DNA of 60,175 nt from Gonapodya sp. JEL0774 (lineage: Eukaryota): NCBI GenBank assembly GCA_027604505.1, contig JADIIX010000003.1, positions 310,001 to 370,175 of the forward strand. The letters are read 5' to 3'. Both the position numbers and the translations under genes were made by a program. Positions 47,032-60,175 of the stretch are shown here, one piece after another (the stretch's first letter is position 1; each line of letters opens with the position of its first letter). The notes under the pieces are model-generated. The model had not been told where the DNA came from. It saw only the letters and a list, made by a program, of their open reading frames with translations, and did not search any database.

Positions 47032-49453
47032 TCATACTGGATACAGCTTCTTCACATCGTTCTGCGGAACAGTAACGCAATGAGGATAAAGTCGATCGTG
47101 AGCCCAAGCTTCGCCGAGAACAAAACAAACAAACAAGGTAACTCACATAACATCCTCTACAGCACCCTTCTAAAACGCCCCGACCTTCACTCACACCGGA
47201 CCCATCCAGTCTCGCCGCCAGCTCAAACACCCTAGCGTCAGAATCGAGACGCTTAGAGCAGCGAGAGCACGAGAGGCAAGTGCGGTGCCAGCGAGTTGCG
47301 AGAGGTCCAGGTGTCTGGTGCACTCGAGTCAGTACCACAAAAGCACCAGCGCAGGATGAAGTATCAACACAGACCTCCTCCATCTGATACACCCTCTTTC
47401 CACATCCAGGGCAGACTGCCTGCTGAGCCAATTTTCTGAGCAATGTAGGTGAGGGAACTCCAGATGCCCCCGAGGTTGAAGAGGGTGGCCGTTCTGAGGG
47501 CATTGTGACCGAAATGGTCGCGGGGAGAGCGGCTGGAGCCGTGACGGGTGTGGATGGCAGAGAGGGGGTGGTGATGATAGTTGCTGTGGAGCGAGATGGA
47601 GGTGGTGGCACCGGAAGCAATACTGCTTGTCGTGCCTGTGCAGCGGCAGCCTTTTTGGCACAGGGACGTAGTGTATGAGTCTAGGTATCCTTCACAAATC
47701 ACGTCTCTCATATCTGGGCTCTTGTTGCCTCACCTCGCCTTCTCTTTTCACACAATCCTCGCATACCACCTCCCCCTCATCGGCATCGGACTTGTACAAC
47801 TGCGCCGACGCAAAACGCGCACCAGATTGGAGCGGCGTGCGGCACAAAGAGCAAGCAACTGGTGAAGAAAACAGGGAACAGATGGGAGCGTTGGCAATTG
47901 TCAAAAACTAGGGGAAGCCTTTGATTCCAACATCACAAGACTCACAGCACCACGCATGCCAAACTCGCTCGGCACCTACTTCACCGGCCCTCGCAACTTT
48001 GTCACCCTTTTGTATGGGTTTTGAGCACTTGGGGCACGGCCCTTGTGGGGCTAATACCGATGATGGCACATGCTCTGGTGGAGGGGCAGATGTGGGTGTG
48101 GGGGCGGATGCCGGTGTGGGAACGAATGGAGGCGTCACGGGTGGGGAAGCCGCAGTCGATTTTAACGGAGCGAGTCCGACCCGAGATGTTGTGGCGTTTG
48201 AAGGTGGGGGCCCAGAAGAGCGGAGGACCGACAGTTGGGCTGCACGGCACTAATCGAGTGGATATTGAAGCATGAACGAGGTTTCCGCAAATGGCAGGGC
48301 CTCGGTTGACTCCTGCTGTTTGTTGCACGTACAACTTGATCGAGCGACAGCTTATTCTCGCTGGTCTTTCCTTCTGTGACACTGAGAATCTACCCGACCT
48401 TGCGTCGTGGTACGCACGATCCCAGCACCCTGAATTTCACCCCACTTACCTCCACGTGACACGGTTCTCCGTCCATACTGAGGGCTTGCTGAGCACCGGA
48501 TTGAATAGTAAGACCGCACACGGCACAGGAGTCCCGTAAGGGAAGGAGGGTTGTAGGTTCTCGTGTGACAGCAGATGTCTTCGTTGGAGGAAAACTGGGA
48601 ACAGGTACAGTAGCAGTTGATGTGATACCATCACGACGAGGTAAAGCAGGCGAAAGTGCGGATGGCTTTGGAGGGGCAGCGGGTTTCAAACGGGAGGTGG
48701 GTGTAGTAGGTGAGGGACCTGTGGGGGAGCTGGGGTCGGCGGATAACGCAACCGAGGTGCCAGATGTGGGAGTGGTAATCAAACGTGCCACAGAAGATGG
48801 TGCTGTGCTCGATGGAATTACAGTTGGAAGCGACGGTCGCGGTGGGGCGGGGATTCCAATGTGAGAAGCGACAGCGGACGGGGTTGGGGTTGGGGTGGGC
48901 GCGGGCATGTTTACCCGAGAGAGAAGGCTTCCAGTCGGCGCTGTTGCGGGAGGTTCAGGGATAGGCATGGAGGCACGGGAAGTGGCAGATTGTACCGGCG
49001 CTGATGGAGTAGGTTCGTTAAGGATCACAGGCTGCATCGCTGTCGAGGGAGGGGGCCCAGAACTACTGAAATGTAGTTGAGAGGGGAAGGCTTCTTGAAA
49101 GCAAGATTTGCAATAAGAGGTGCTGGATGCGGTGTTTGGCGGGCGGAGAGCTTGATCCGACTAGGTATAAGTTGATTGGTAGAGAAGAAGGAAGCTGGAT
49201 GAGCATGCGTCACGAACTGCGGTATGAGAAGACGGAGTTCGCTGGCAGACACGACCTAAATCAACACAACAATCCGAGCCTCCATCAGGATATCCAAGTG
49301 CTCTTCTGTACCACGGCTCCAACCAAAGCCATTCAAATTTCTTTCACTGATCCTTTCGTTGATAGTCACCATCAATCCCTTCCCACACGCAATACACAGA
49401 ACGGAGTCCTCTGCGGCGGGTAGTCCAAGCATCTCTCTGAACTCTGCGGCCAT
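47032..49453 (-). CDS. Multi-LIM zinc-finger protein with Pro/Thr-rich linkers, multi-exon
   Basis: CPGCGKRVYQMEE..WHRTCLSCSRCSKRL..CRGCY; CPKCSKPI..WHAWC..CSLCRTPL..CEDC; further CxxC pairs CIAC and CAVC; exon limits approximate. Confidence 0.8.
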
Positions 49454-50350
49454 TCCCCGTCTATTTGAAGAAGATGCGGAGGTAAGTTTGGCAAATGTGG
49501 AGGGAATATAGGCGTCAGAGACGGAGTGGGACGGACTGTTATTATTATGGTTCGAGGAGAGGCCAAGGTCGGTCTGATGGGTGACTGGGTGTACAACAGC
49601 CAACACCAGCGGGGAAAGGGTGATATTATACGACCATTTGAAGAATAGAATGATAATTTGAGTTCCATTGACTGAGAAATTGCCGCAATGACCATATTTT
49701 GTGTTCAGTTCCACGAACCCGTTGAAGTCCCATCCGCCTTCGCTTTCTCCCCACACTCTTGCGTGGGACATCCAGAGCCGGGTACAATGTTGCCACAGTA
49801 CTTGCAGAATCTGCCGCGTTACGATCAAGATGATGCACGAAAGTGATGAGGAAGAGAGCAGCGATCTCAGATTCACAGCGGACAATCCCCATAAAAAGCT
49901 CTGTGGATTAATCCTAGCTCTGCGGATTAACTTACGGCATCGAGAAAGTTGAGCCTATCAGTTTTCGTTTTCGAGAAGAACTTCTAGTGAAGCACTGAGT
50001 CAGTTGACGAACAGAATGTGATATTTGCGGCCAATCCATTTTGCCGACACAGTAGTAATTCACCAACGAGACAGAGCCCCAGCAGTTTTGCACGTTCTAC
50101 GGAAATGATTGAGCATGATGAAATTCCTGGGCATAAGAAGTCAAAAATGTTCAACTTTCGCTAAGAGACCTTCGTCCACTAATATGCTTCCTCCTTCTTC
50201 ATAATTAAAGACTCGACTGCTCGTGTCTGATCAATCTGATCTACATGTCGTGGTTCACAGCGAAGGCGTCACAAGGCAACGAACAAGGCACCCTCGCCCG
50301 ATCATTGATAACCATCGAGCAACAAGCCCTACACATTCCTGTATACTACG

Positions 50351-53300
50351 ATGGATTTTTCCGAAATTCAAAGCCACCAGCAGCTATCGAATCGCTCGAG
50401 TGCTGGAGGGGGAGTCCGAGATTCACACGTTCTTCCACACATTGCCACTGCCAGAGTCACCGCGGACTATAAATCTCATGCTGCAAACTGTATTTCCTTA
50501 AAGGAGGGCTCGATTGTCTATGTTTACAACATGGATCCATCTGGATGGTGGGATGGAATGTGCAATTCTCGGAGAGGTTCGCTGTCAGTGCTTTTTTGAG
50601 GGAAGTCCTGTCGTCACCACTGTCAGATGGTTGCTAGGGTGGTTCCCGTCCGACTTTGTCACGCTGTTGGGCACGGCTTCTCCGGTGATTCATTCACCTG
50701 AGCAGGTTGGAGTGTGCGACCAACAGGAAGGGCTGAGTGGTGAGCAGGACTATTGGGAAACCACTACAACCTGTTGTGCTTTCAATTCTCTTCAATTCTC
50801 TCAAATTTAGGACAAAGCGATCGTAGTAGCACAGTGTTGCGGCCAGTGACACCACCTGTACCAGCGAAACCACCTCCAAATATGCCCAATGATCTTCACC
50901 TCATACAAGGTCCCCATATCATGTCACAAGAACCCCAAAGCTTCAAGGCCGAATCCCCAGAACTCGAGTCCCCTTCTTCTCTATCGACGGCGGCTACTCT
51001 TTGTGCATCGTCGAACACTGGAGGCACAAGTCCTCAGACGTCCCCCTTCGGCCGTTCTCCTCATTCGCAATACACTCCCGGAAAAGAATCCCCAGGTCCA
51101 ACTGTACGTTTGGTATCTCATTCGTGGGCCTGTATTGCACATATCTCCAATTTTACGATTGCAAATCGTAGTTGCCGACAGGCTGGCGCATCAAACGATC
51201 CACTTGCGATGGGAGAGAGTTTTACGTTAACACTCGTACGAACTTCACCACTTTCGAGAGAGACGAGGTGTTTCGACTAGTGAGAGTCTGTTATCCTTGC
51301 TCTGACATTCAAGTCCGCTTTAAATGGGGCGACATTGGTAATTGTTAAGAACTTCTCGGAACTCGACACATTGCAAGGGCCTACGCCAAAACCATCGCGA
51401 GAAGTTTCGGAAAGAATTCCGGAGCAAGCTGAACTTACTGATGCCGTGAAAATGGTGAGCTCTCCTCTCGAAGCGAAATGTGGAGAGCTGCGGGGAGCCA
51501 CACTTGTTTTCTTCCACAGGCAAGTGGCGGCAAGTCAAGCACACAAGGCAAATCTACTCTAGCAGTTTCTTCCATTGCAAATTACATTAACGAATCTTCT
51601 AAGAATCTGGCGAACGTACAGCCAAATCCCAATCTTCAGGAGATTAACCCCACAAATGGAAGCCCAACTTACGACTACCTTCTACGCACAGTAGTTCAAC
51701 CAATCTCCGATCTCAATGAATCAACGAAGCTGGGCAAAAAGTCAAACTATCTTCGAGAAACCAACAGACTTGTTTGGGCAGTGCGCGACCTTCTTGCAGC
51801 ATGCGATTCTCTCTCTCCGAAGTCTTCTCCCCAGCTTCAGGGTAACTCTCAGGTCCTCTCGAGTCATCAGGAATTGATGAGTGCAGTTGCAAAACTCACA
51901 CTGGCTGCTAAAATTGCCGCCAGCGTTTGGCCCCCCCCAGATGCCGTTAACAAAATGAGAATGCAAGCAGGTCAGGTGCTATCCGCCGTCCGTCAGTTTG
52001 TCTCTTCTGCCTCACGAGTGATTCCCGAGACATCGCTTGTGACTCGCTCACTTGTTGTCGCGTCAGAGCTTTCACCGTTTGACGTGGACGGGATTGACCT
52101 GTCGCCTATCGCACAAGTCGAATTTGCTGCCAAGCTGGACTCCATCAATGATTCGAGTCTTGCGAGCGCTATCTCTAGCGTTCAGGCGGCCGTCGCTTCT
52201 GGAAGTGTTTCCGATCTTGCACAGGCGATTCATGTTGCCGTCGACGTAATTGGAAGTCTTCTATCCGTTGTGGAGGAGATCGAAGCGTCCATCGCCAACT
52301 CCACCACACATACCGACTTTCGATCTTCTATGTCCATGATGATGAATGAGACATCACAAGCGAGGGATCAGTTGTACGATCTTGCCAACCATCTCGTTTC
52401 CCTCGCTCGTCAAGCAGCGGATCCTTACTCCTTCTCTTCAGTCGACGTGAATACTGCTATACTGGAGGAATGTGACATTGCCACGAGCCTCGTCGATAAC
52501 GTTGTTCTCGGAACGAAAACAATGATAGATCAGATTGATGCGGTTTTGGAGAAAACTATGCAAGAGGAGGCGGACTTTTTCGACAATAGTCAACAACAAT
52601 CCAGACATCCTACGACAAAAGAAAGGGTGACAGGTGATTCTGAGACACCATGCGACACCGGCGGGGAAGGCTCGATACGTTGCCGGACCGCAAATCACAA
52701 AAGAGATCTTTCGGTGCTTCATAAAGAATCGAAGTCGCTCACTGAACTTCTCGACACTCCTGTTGACTCATCTAAGGGAGGCGGAACACCCACACCACCA
52801 GTTGGCCTCGCGGCAGTGTCTCAATCCAAATCTACCAAGGTATCCTCAGGCACTTCTTCAAAGGAATCCACACTCTCTAGAAGCAAGGGGGCACAACTCG
52901 TAGCCACGCTGACTGCGCAAGGGGAACGGACGGCGGTGCCAACGAGTGACGAGCCCGGCAACAATCAACCTCCGAGCAAGACAGAAAATCTTTCAAACAA
53001 TGCGGGAATAAGCCAATCGTCTGAGGCACTGACTTACGACTCCTTTTTTGGAAGCGAAGTCCAACCAACGAAAGGGACAAAACGGGTACGTTGCATTGTT
53101 ATTCCGGCTCTCGCGAATACCAGCAACTCACCATTATCCATTGCAACCCACCACGCAAGGGTGGGAAAATGGCAAAATTTTTCGGTGACAATCCTTTGAG
53201 TGGCAGGGTGAGCTTGAGAATTACGTGAACGGAGGAGCGGTTTCCCTGCGTTTACTCTTCGTGTGCGCAGCTTCCCAACAAACCTCCATTCCTGGGCTAC

Positions 53301-54868
53301 AACTATCGTCGCGATGATATCTCCTTCAACGGAGATGGACAAGTTCTTGGTGGCAAGTTCGCCGCTTTGGTAGAGCGCTTGACTCTGCATGACACCGCAG
53401 TTCATCCTTCATATCGTGACGCTTTCTTGATGACCTTTCGGGAGTTCAGCTCACCACAAAAATTGCTCCAAGAACTGAAAGGACGATTTCTCATGGAACC
53501 ACCGAAAGTAGATACCTCAAATGGCCTCACCTTGACTGCGGATCAGGTGCGCCTGTGGAACGAGAAAAAACTTGAACCAGTTCGACTTTTGGTCATCAAT
53601 ACCTTTAAAACCTGGCTGGAAACGTATTGGCTGGAGGAGGACAATGTTTGCATTGAGGACATGAGAGAGTTCATCGAGAGCATTCATTTTGACAAATACG
53701 ATGGCGTCCGTCATTTGCTCCTTCGCTTCATCAAGCAAAAGGCGAGTGAGCTGTAGTTTTCAATGGGCTTATTTATGCATGAACATATTCTTTGCAATTT
53801 CATACCCCTAACAATTGATGAACAGAGCGGTCATTTATTCGCCTCCTCTGCTTCTCGAATTCAACTACCAGTTCTTTACGATACTCCACCTCCAGCCATC
53901 TTACCAACGAAACTCAGCGAGTTTAATTTGCTCGACCTTGATCCTCTCGAGGTTGCCCGTCAGATTACAATAATGCAAATGCACACTTTCAGCGCGATCA
54001 AGCCTTCCGAGATGCTGCACCAGAACTGGATGCGACTTGGAGGAGAGACTCAGTCGGTTAACGTGCGAGCATTCGTTAAATTTTCGAATCAATTATCTCA
54101 GTGGGTCGTTCGAGCGGTTCTTGATCCAGTAGATGCTCGGATCCGCGCTCGCTATCTCAAGTTCTTCATTAAACTCTGTGTCCGTCTCCTGGAGCTGTCG
54201 AATTATAACGGCGTCATGGCCGTGAGGGCGGCACTAAATGCTGCTCCTGTGGCGCGAATGAAAGTCACCTGGGAGTTGCTGGCCGCCAAGCACAAGTCTG
54301 CGTTTGAAAAAATTGAGAAAGCGACGGACAGTTCAAAAAACTTCGCCGAATACCGGACCGCTCTGAGGTCCCTTGTTCCCCCGGCTCTACCCTTTCTCGG
54401 TACGTTGTTCGTACAACGTACGAAACAATAGTTTCGGCATAGAACTGTTGATCTGCTCTTTCCGCAGGTATCGCTCTCTCCGACCTCACATTTGCCTACG
54501 AAGGCAACCCCGACTTCAGAGGACCCCACGAGAACTTGATCAATTTTGATAAGTTTCACCGAGTTGCAGATATCATTAATGGGCTTCGTCGATTCCAGAG
54601 GCCATACAATCTACGTCCTGTTCCCGAAATTGCGACCTGGATTGAGAACCGGCTCTCCCAAGGGTCCGACGTTCCTGCCCAATTCTTCAATAACTCTATG
54701 TACGAAGTATCTCTCGATAGGGAACCTCGTAACCTCCAAGGCGCTAGTGTGCGGGAGCCACATCTGCGAGGAAGTGGGAACTTCGGCAGTTTGTCGAAAC
54801 TTTTCGACCCGTCGAAAAGCCTGGACAGTTCGGGGGCTTCGACTTTTCGAAAGATTGCTAATGCTTAA
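50351..54868 (+). CDS. Cdc25-type Ras guanine nucleotide exchange factor (SH3-WW-REM-RasGEF), multi-exon
   Basis: SH3 GWWDG..RGWFPSDFV; WW-like LPTGW..GREFYVNTRT at ~51171-51250; REM ALVERLT..AFLMTFREF; GEF LDPLEVARQIT, NYNGVMA, PALPFLG, INFDK. Confidence 0.93.
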
Positions 54869-55272
54869 CTATTTACCCATGCATAAATGTCTTGTAGTGA
54901 TGAATTCTTGCATCTGATACGGCATGCCGGGGGTTTTGTGCGTGTTGCTCGCAAGGAACCACCCAGGAAGCAATTCCGCACTTGCGGTTCAAGAACGTCA
55001 GGAACACTGCAGAACGAAACCACAAACTTCCCAGGAAGCTCTTTCAGTGAAACGAAAGCGCATAGGAGACTGTAAAAGAGAACCTGGGGAACAGAACAAA
55101 CGGTGATTGACGGGAGCACTCGAGAAGGGGAGTACTCCGGTAGCTATCGGTGAGTTGAGAGAAAGAAACATGATGCCGATGTCTTTAACACATTCACTGT
55201 AGAACGTGTGGTCTACTTGAAGTCTCGCTGGTCTGACAGCTCATCCTGGCAGCGCCTCCAATACAGACGAAG

Positions 55273-58220
55273 ATGAACGGGAGCACTTTATCAAGCCTTC
55301 CCCTTCCTGTCACATCGAAGTTGACAAGTACGCATCACCATCTCCCCAAACCACTTGAAACGACGGTACCACCCCCGCGTGATCCTCCGAACGGCACTCT
55401 TGCTCTTTGTGGAGGTGATAGTTTGGATAGCTCCGACGACCCAGAAACTGTCATGCATGAGACATCTGCAGGACCTTATCCTTCTCCGGACACATCTTCC
55501 ACGTCCAGCGCACCATCGCCTGTTCCTTCCGAACCTCTCCGTCACCATTTTCTGCCCAAACCTGTTTCCTCCTCCACAAAGGGCAATCCTGATGATGCTG
55601 CCTGCTCACGTCAATCTCCTGTATCGGAATCGCTTTCATATAGTCTGGATCCTGCAATCGCTCCCCCGTCGCCGACCCCCCCGAGGTTCACGGCGGCCCA
55701 GACAGCTCGCCTTGAGCAGGCGATTCGTGAAATGGCGGCTGATCCCTCGAAAGGAAGAAAAACGGTAGAGCTTGAGTTTGAGGCATTAGTTGACGCTTTG
55801 GGTGAGTTTCACTCTTCCGGAAGATGACGCCGGGAAAGGGAGAACAGGAAGAGTTTGAACAACTCACTCTAGCAAGCGCTATTTCTTTTCTGGACTTCTC
55901 AAAAATGAAATCGGGGATTTCCCTTGACGCTTTGCGTGGCTGCCAGAATAGCACGATTAGTAGGGGATATTCGAGTTTCTGTTGTTCGCAAAGTGGTATC
56001 AATTCTCACCATCCAACCGCCTCTGCAGTGACTGGACGCCCTGACTTGCTCCTCCAGAAGGTGTCTTCCTCACTTGATTCCGGATCCCTGGGGTCTGGTC
56101 CAACTGGGCATCCTGATGATGTCACATCCATCGATGCCAGTGTTCCCACCCTCCCGTCTACAGCCCCATCCCCAACAGTAGCGGGTGCCTCTACCGAGGC
56201 CCCCGGAAGTCCCCGAGGGTCCGATGCGGAGGACGGCTATGATGACGGAGACGGTTCTTACGATGAGGAGGACATGGATGAAGAAGATGGTGAGGAGGGA
56301 GAATACGAGGAGGATGATGATGAATATTGGGACGATGAAGAAGAAGATGAAGGAGAGCTGGGTGATGAGGACGAAGACAGTGAACCAGACGGGGCAGATC
56401 ATGTTTACGACGACATGCCGGCACTGGTCCCTTACGATGATGGGACACCCGATTGTGCAGATGCACCCCCGCAACAAGCGCAAATGGCTCAGCAGCGCAT
56501 GTACGGACTTCAGTCACAGCGTCCCCACCCAAACCATTCATTGAAGGGCTCTCGAGATGTCAATGGAGGTGGTGGGCAACCCTACCAATCTTCTGGGAGT
56601 GGGAGCTATGGAAACGCGATGGCTCCTCAGGGTTCCCTAGGCTGGGGTCGTAGACGTAGTCGTGGCGGGCGAGGCGGCCCATACTCGGCAATGACGGCAG
56701 AGGATTTCTCCCGGATGGCAAACACTCACAGAAGAGCAAACCGGCTCCAGGAGGCAGCGAGTAGCTATAGTAGTGCCATGGCAGTGCAACCTGGTAATCC
56801 GTAAGTGCATTGGCATTTTACAGTCGGCCAATGCTCTATCACAAGTGACTCATGTTGGTTCTGCTTTTGCCCTAGTTACCACATATACAACCGCGCGCTG
56901 CTTCATCATCAAATGTCTCTGTGGCGCCGCGTTATTTCCGATGTAGACCTTATACTTCCCCTGATTCCTTCGTGGACCGACCTTGGTGGTGCACCAGTTG
57001 ACTATGACGACCCAAATGCTTCTGGTCAACCTCATCGTATGACCACAGAGCGTGTGTGGATGATGGGAATGAGTCTCCGGGGGTACGCCAAGGAACGAGT
57101 AGTATCCGAATCAGGATGGGGAGTGGCGTCTGCGAGGGCGGAAGCAGCTGCAGCACAGGAGTTAGCAAATGGTACGGCGACGTACGCCGCAAGTGGCCCT
57201 CCTGCGATACCGAGTACCCTTCCTGTGCTTGAAACTCCTCCGAACCCTGACTGCGACCCCTTACCTCCGGTACTGGATCACGGGATGTCTCGTGAATTGG
57301 TCGACTCTGCGTTGCAGGATGTGGGATGCTTCGTCTCCGCCTACAACCACCTTATGGGAACCGATTCTTCATCCTCGTTTGCTCGGTATGCTCGAACTTA
57401 TTTTCAGAATCGCGTCATGTGGACACGGCGCGATTTGCGTGCTTTAAAGGGGGACCTGGTTGGCGCTCTTGAAGACGGAATGCGGCTTTTAGAAACACTT
57501 GAGCGGTGGGATGTCCGGGAATGGGTCGGGGACCACATGGTTCACGTAAATTTGCCCGGGGAGGCCGCGGCCATGTACGCTGCTGCCCTTACCATGAACA
57601 AGGGAAGCGACATGCTGCGTCTGAAGCAAGCGTGCGCGTGGGCGGCTTGCGGGCAAGTTCGCAAAGCATGGTACGCGGTTGAGGAGATGGAGGGCAGATG
57701 GAGGCGGGGGGGTGGAGCTGCAGACTTTCCTCGAGCAGACGGTGCTGCGGGCGGGGCACCTGTGCAGCCTGCCGACCCACAGACAGCGGCACCCACAACC
57801 CCACAAAACGACGTTGTGGACGTGGAAGGTTGGCTTCTCAGTGTACCTGGTATTTCCCCGGATACGTTCGCGGTTGCCGATGGTCAGAGTCCACTTTCTG
57901 CCGGGGACGTGTTGAGGCGCGCGGCGGACGTGCTGAAAAAACAAGTCAATGCGGATGGAACGACGTTGGGCCGGCCCATGAGCAGCAGGATCTGCAATTA
58001 TTGCGGGAAGAGGGAGAAGAAAGAAGCGGGAGATGCTGCTACAATGGGATATAGGCGGTGTGAAAAGTGCGTGAGAGTGACATACTGCGACAGGGAATGT
58101 CAGGTGAGTTGTTCCGATCACGTATTTTGCATTCAGTAGGGTAGCGGAGCTTTATGCACTTCATTCTTCTCACTCCAGCTCAAGCACTGGGCCGTTCACC
58201 GGCTAATTTGTGGTATCTGA
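55273..58220 (+). CDS. MYND-type zinc finger protein with long acidic/disordered N-terminal region, multi-exon
   Basis: C-terminal CNYC..CEKCVRVTYCDRECQ|LKHWAVHRLIC across the last intron; D/E tract at ~56220-56390. 5' exon structure approximate. Confidence 0.8.
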
Positions 58221-58479
58221 CGAATCTTTTTCGCCGGTCGTTCTCACGGAGGGGGCGTTCCATTATCACAACCTCATATTTTACTGCGTTCTTGGGTGCA
58301 AGTCAGTTTGTTCTCGCAACAGAGATGAGTGCCAAAGCGCTCTGCTTCATTAAGCTATCATGTAGCAGGACCGTGTACTTCGGTTCAAACAGACGTTTAT
58401 AGTGATTCTAGAAGAAAATGGTTAGTTCTGATGTGATGAAACACCGAACCATTTTGGGACAGAATTTCAGTCACCATTT

Positions 58480-59546
58480 ATGTCCTTTATTCGCCGCGCC
58501 CTCCGCCGTCTAAAAACCGTTGCGGATCCCCTCAGCACACGGAGACTCGTTGGTGAAGATCTGGAGGGAAACCAATACTACGAGGTCTTCCCACAAGGTT
58601 GGTTCGTTGGTATCTCGTTGGTGCGGAGAATCCAATGTATTCGAAGACGCTGGGAAACGGATCGACCATGGGACACTGACTGAATGCCTCAAAAAAACTG
58701 TGATTCGGATGCATCGTAGGAGGTCTCACGGCGAGCGGCAAGCCAAAACGTGTCGTGGAACCTGTTGCGTCGGTTGACCACTCAGATTACACTGACACGT
58801 TGCCAGGTGGGTTGGTGGCCCACTGATTATGACAAGTGCTGGTCATGGCTACAACTGATGGGATTGTGGACACTTGTGGAACCTGTGTGATGCAGTGCAA
58901 TGGAGAGCGTGGCTCACGTTGGGACGACAAGATCGTAAGTACATCAATGCCAACGACTGTTGGCCACTCAAGTTCCTCAAACCGATTTTATGCGTCTCCT
59001 ATGATGCTATTTTGCCGTCGTCCTGCTCTGCCCCCCACTTGTTTCGAACCGATATGGCCCCCAGCCCCGACCAAAGAGGAACTGCTCGCCGAAGTACAAC
59101 GGCGGAAAATCCTCGAGGAACGGGTGAAGGCACTGGAAGAGAAATATGCTCTTGTGGGGTTTTCATCCACTTGGTGCATTCTTTTGTTACACTTTCCTCA
59201 TTGTGGTTCCTTCCCCCCGAACCAACCCTTTGCAAAAGGAGCGCGCCCGCCGTCTCGAATCCGAACAACAGCAAATAGAAGCCGCCCAACTCGCATCCGC
59301 CACATCCGCTGCCGGTTCGTTTGGAAATATGCGTCCCGCCGTTCCCCAACCCTCAAGCTCACCCGTTACCCCCTGCCCCGCCTATCCCCCTCTACCCGTG
59401 CCCATCTCCACACAGCCCATCCTGACGCCAAATCTCCCGCCACGCCCGACGAGACCCTCGGTTTGGACCGGTTCCCATCGGGGGGGTCGGAAGGGTTCAA
59501 GCCCGGAGAGTGGAATCCCAAGTCTGGGGTGGGGAGGACAGGATGA
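58480..59546 (+). CDS. NDUFAF2: Complex I assembly factor, NDUFA12/NDUFAF2 family, multi-exon
   Basis: LVGEDLEGNQYYE, LPVQWRAWL..R..PT.EEL, C-terminal FKPGEWNP. Confidence 0.8.
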
Positions 59547-60175
59547 TATGGATATGGAAGCGTATTCACTTGGAATGGAATGGGAACCTGGGAGTCAGCT
59601 CGCTACCGTGTGCGTGACCTACCTTTCTCGGTTCGGCAGTCGGCACAGGCAGCCCGAGTCCCGCCTCGCGCGGCGCACAAAGCATTCTCACCACCACAGT
59701 CACCGGCCTGTGCAAAGAAAGACATTTCAAAAGTGCGCATTCTTCATTTTGCCACGGGCGGTGCTCCCGCTGTGCCCTAGTCCCTTGTAGCATACATGAA
59801 CAAAGAAAATAGAACACTGCCAACCGCGCACGCCGGTGCCCCCCCCACACACACACGCGGCATCCCCACACCACACCACGCGAGTCTCTCAAAACACCAC
59901 CGTTTTGTTCCCATAGGTCAAGACTCGGTGGTGGAGGTGGGCCCGCACGCCGCGCGCCAGGACACTGGAGGGGGCGCGTGCACGTGCGCGCAAGACCGGA
60001 CCCAACGCAGCACGCGTGGCCGACGGGAGCGGGGAGGTGGGGTGGGGGTGAGCGTGTTTCGTGTCGACCAAAGGCAAGCAATGCCGATCCGATCCACATA
60101 TCATGACCAGTGAAACATCAAAGAAGAAACAACAGCCGTGTGATGAAACACAAACACACAAAAAAACAAAACAAA

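Noticed and set aside
49454..49885. Upstream extension of ORF 49256-49885 with hydrophobic stretches
   Set aside because: Non-ATG start; treated as 5' UTR/promoter of the LIM gene, which has a plausible ATG at 49453.
59550..60175. GC-rich and CA-rich low-complexity tail with several ORFs
   Set aside because: ORFs show no domain signal and overlap on both strands; no telomeric or tandem array; cannot be interpreted at the window edge.
1..60175. tRNA, rRNA, CRISPR arrays, prokaryotic operons, and the many short antisense ORFs in the track
   Set aside because: No cloverleaf with T-loop, rRNA-like tract or spaced direct repeats seen by eye; antisense ORFs are explained as shadows of the spliced genes.

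Overview
Gene-dense, intron-rich eukaryotic DNA (short GT-AG introns, mostly 50-100 nt), not prokaryotic. IFT46 (flagellum) together with the fungal-type mitochondrial GTP/GDP carrier GGC1 points to a zoosporic early-diverging fungus (chytrid/monoblepharid-like; inference). About 24 protein-coding genes were reconstructed by joining exons by eye: dienelactone hydrolase (5'-truncated), GPI-anchored protein, long-chain acyl-CoA synthetase, GGC1, fumarylacetoacetase, RPA2, AcuI/YhdH-type reductase, atypical SDR, two F-box proteins, fatty-acid elongase, NAD-IDH subunit, galactokinase-like protein, PDCD5, TM-SH3 protein, IFT46, DHTKD1, ATP-dependent DNA ligase, Sel1-repeat protein, MAP4K-CNH kinase, small membrane protein, annexin, LIM protein, SH3-WW-RasGEF, MYND finger protein and NDUFAF2. 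No tRNA, rRNA, CRISPR array or intact transposon was seen. Most notable: a PBZ-SWIM-minimal DNA ligase, a bacterial-type AcuI with introns and a PTS1 (-AKL), a galactokinase-fold probable pseudoenzyme, a highly structured ~280 nt element in an unusually long intron, and microexons of 5-12 nt. Exon boundaries and family calls come from manual reading and recalled motifs, not database searches.
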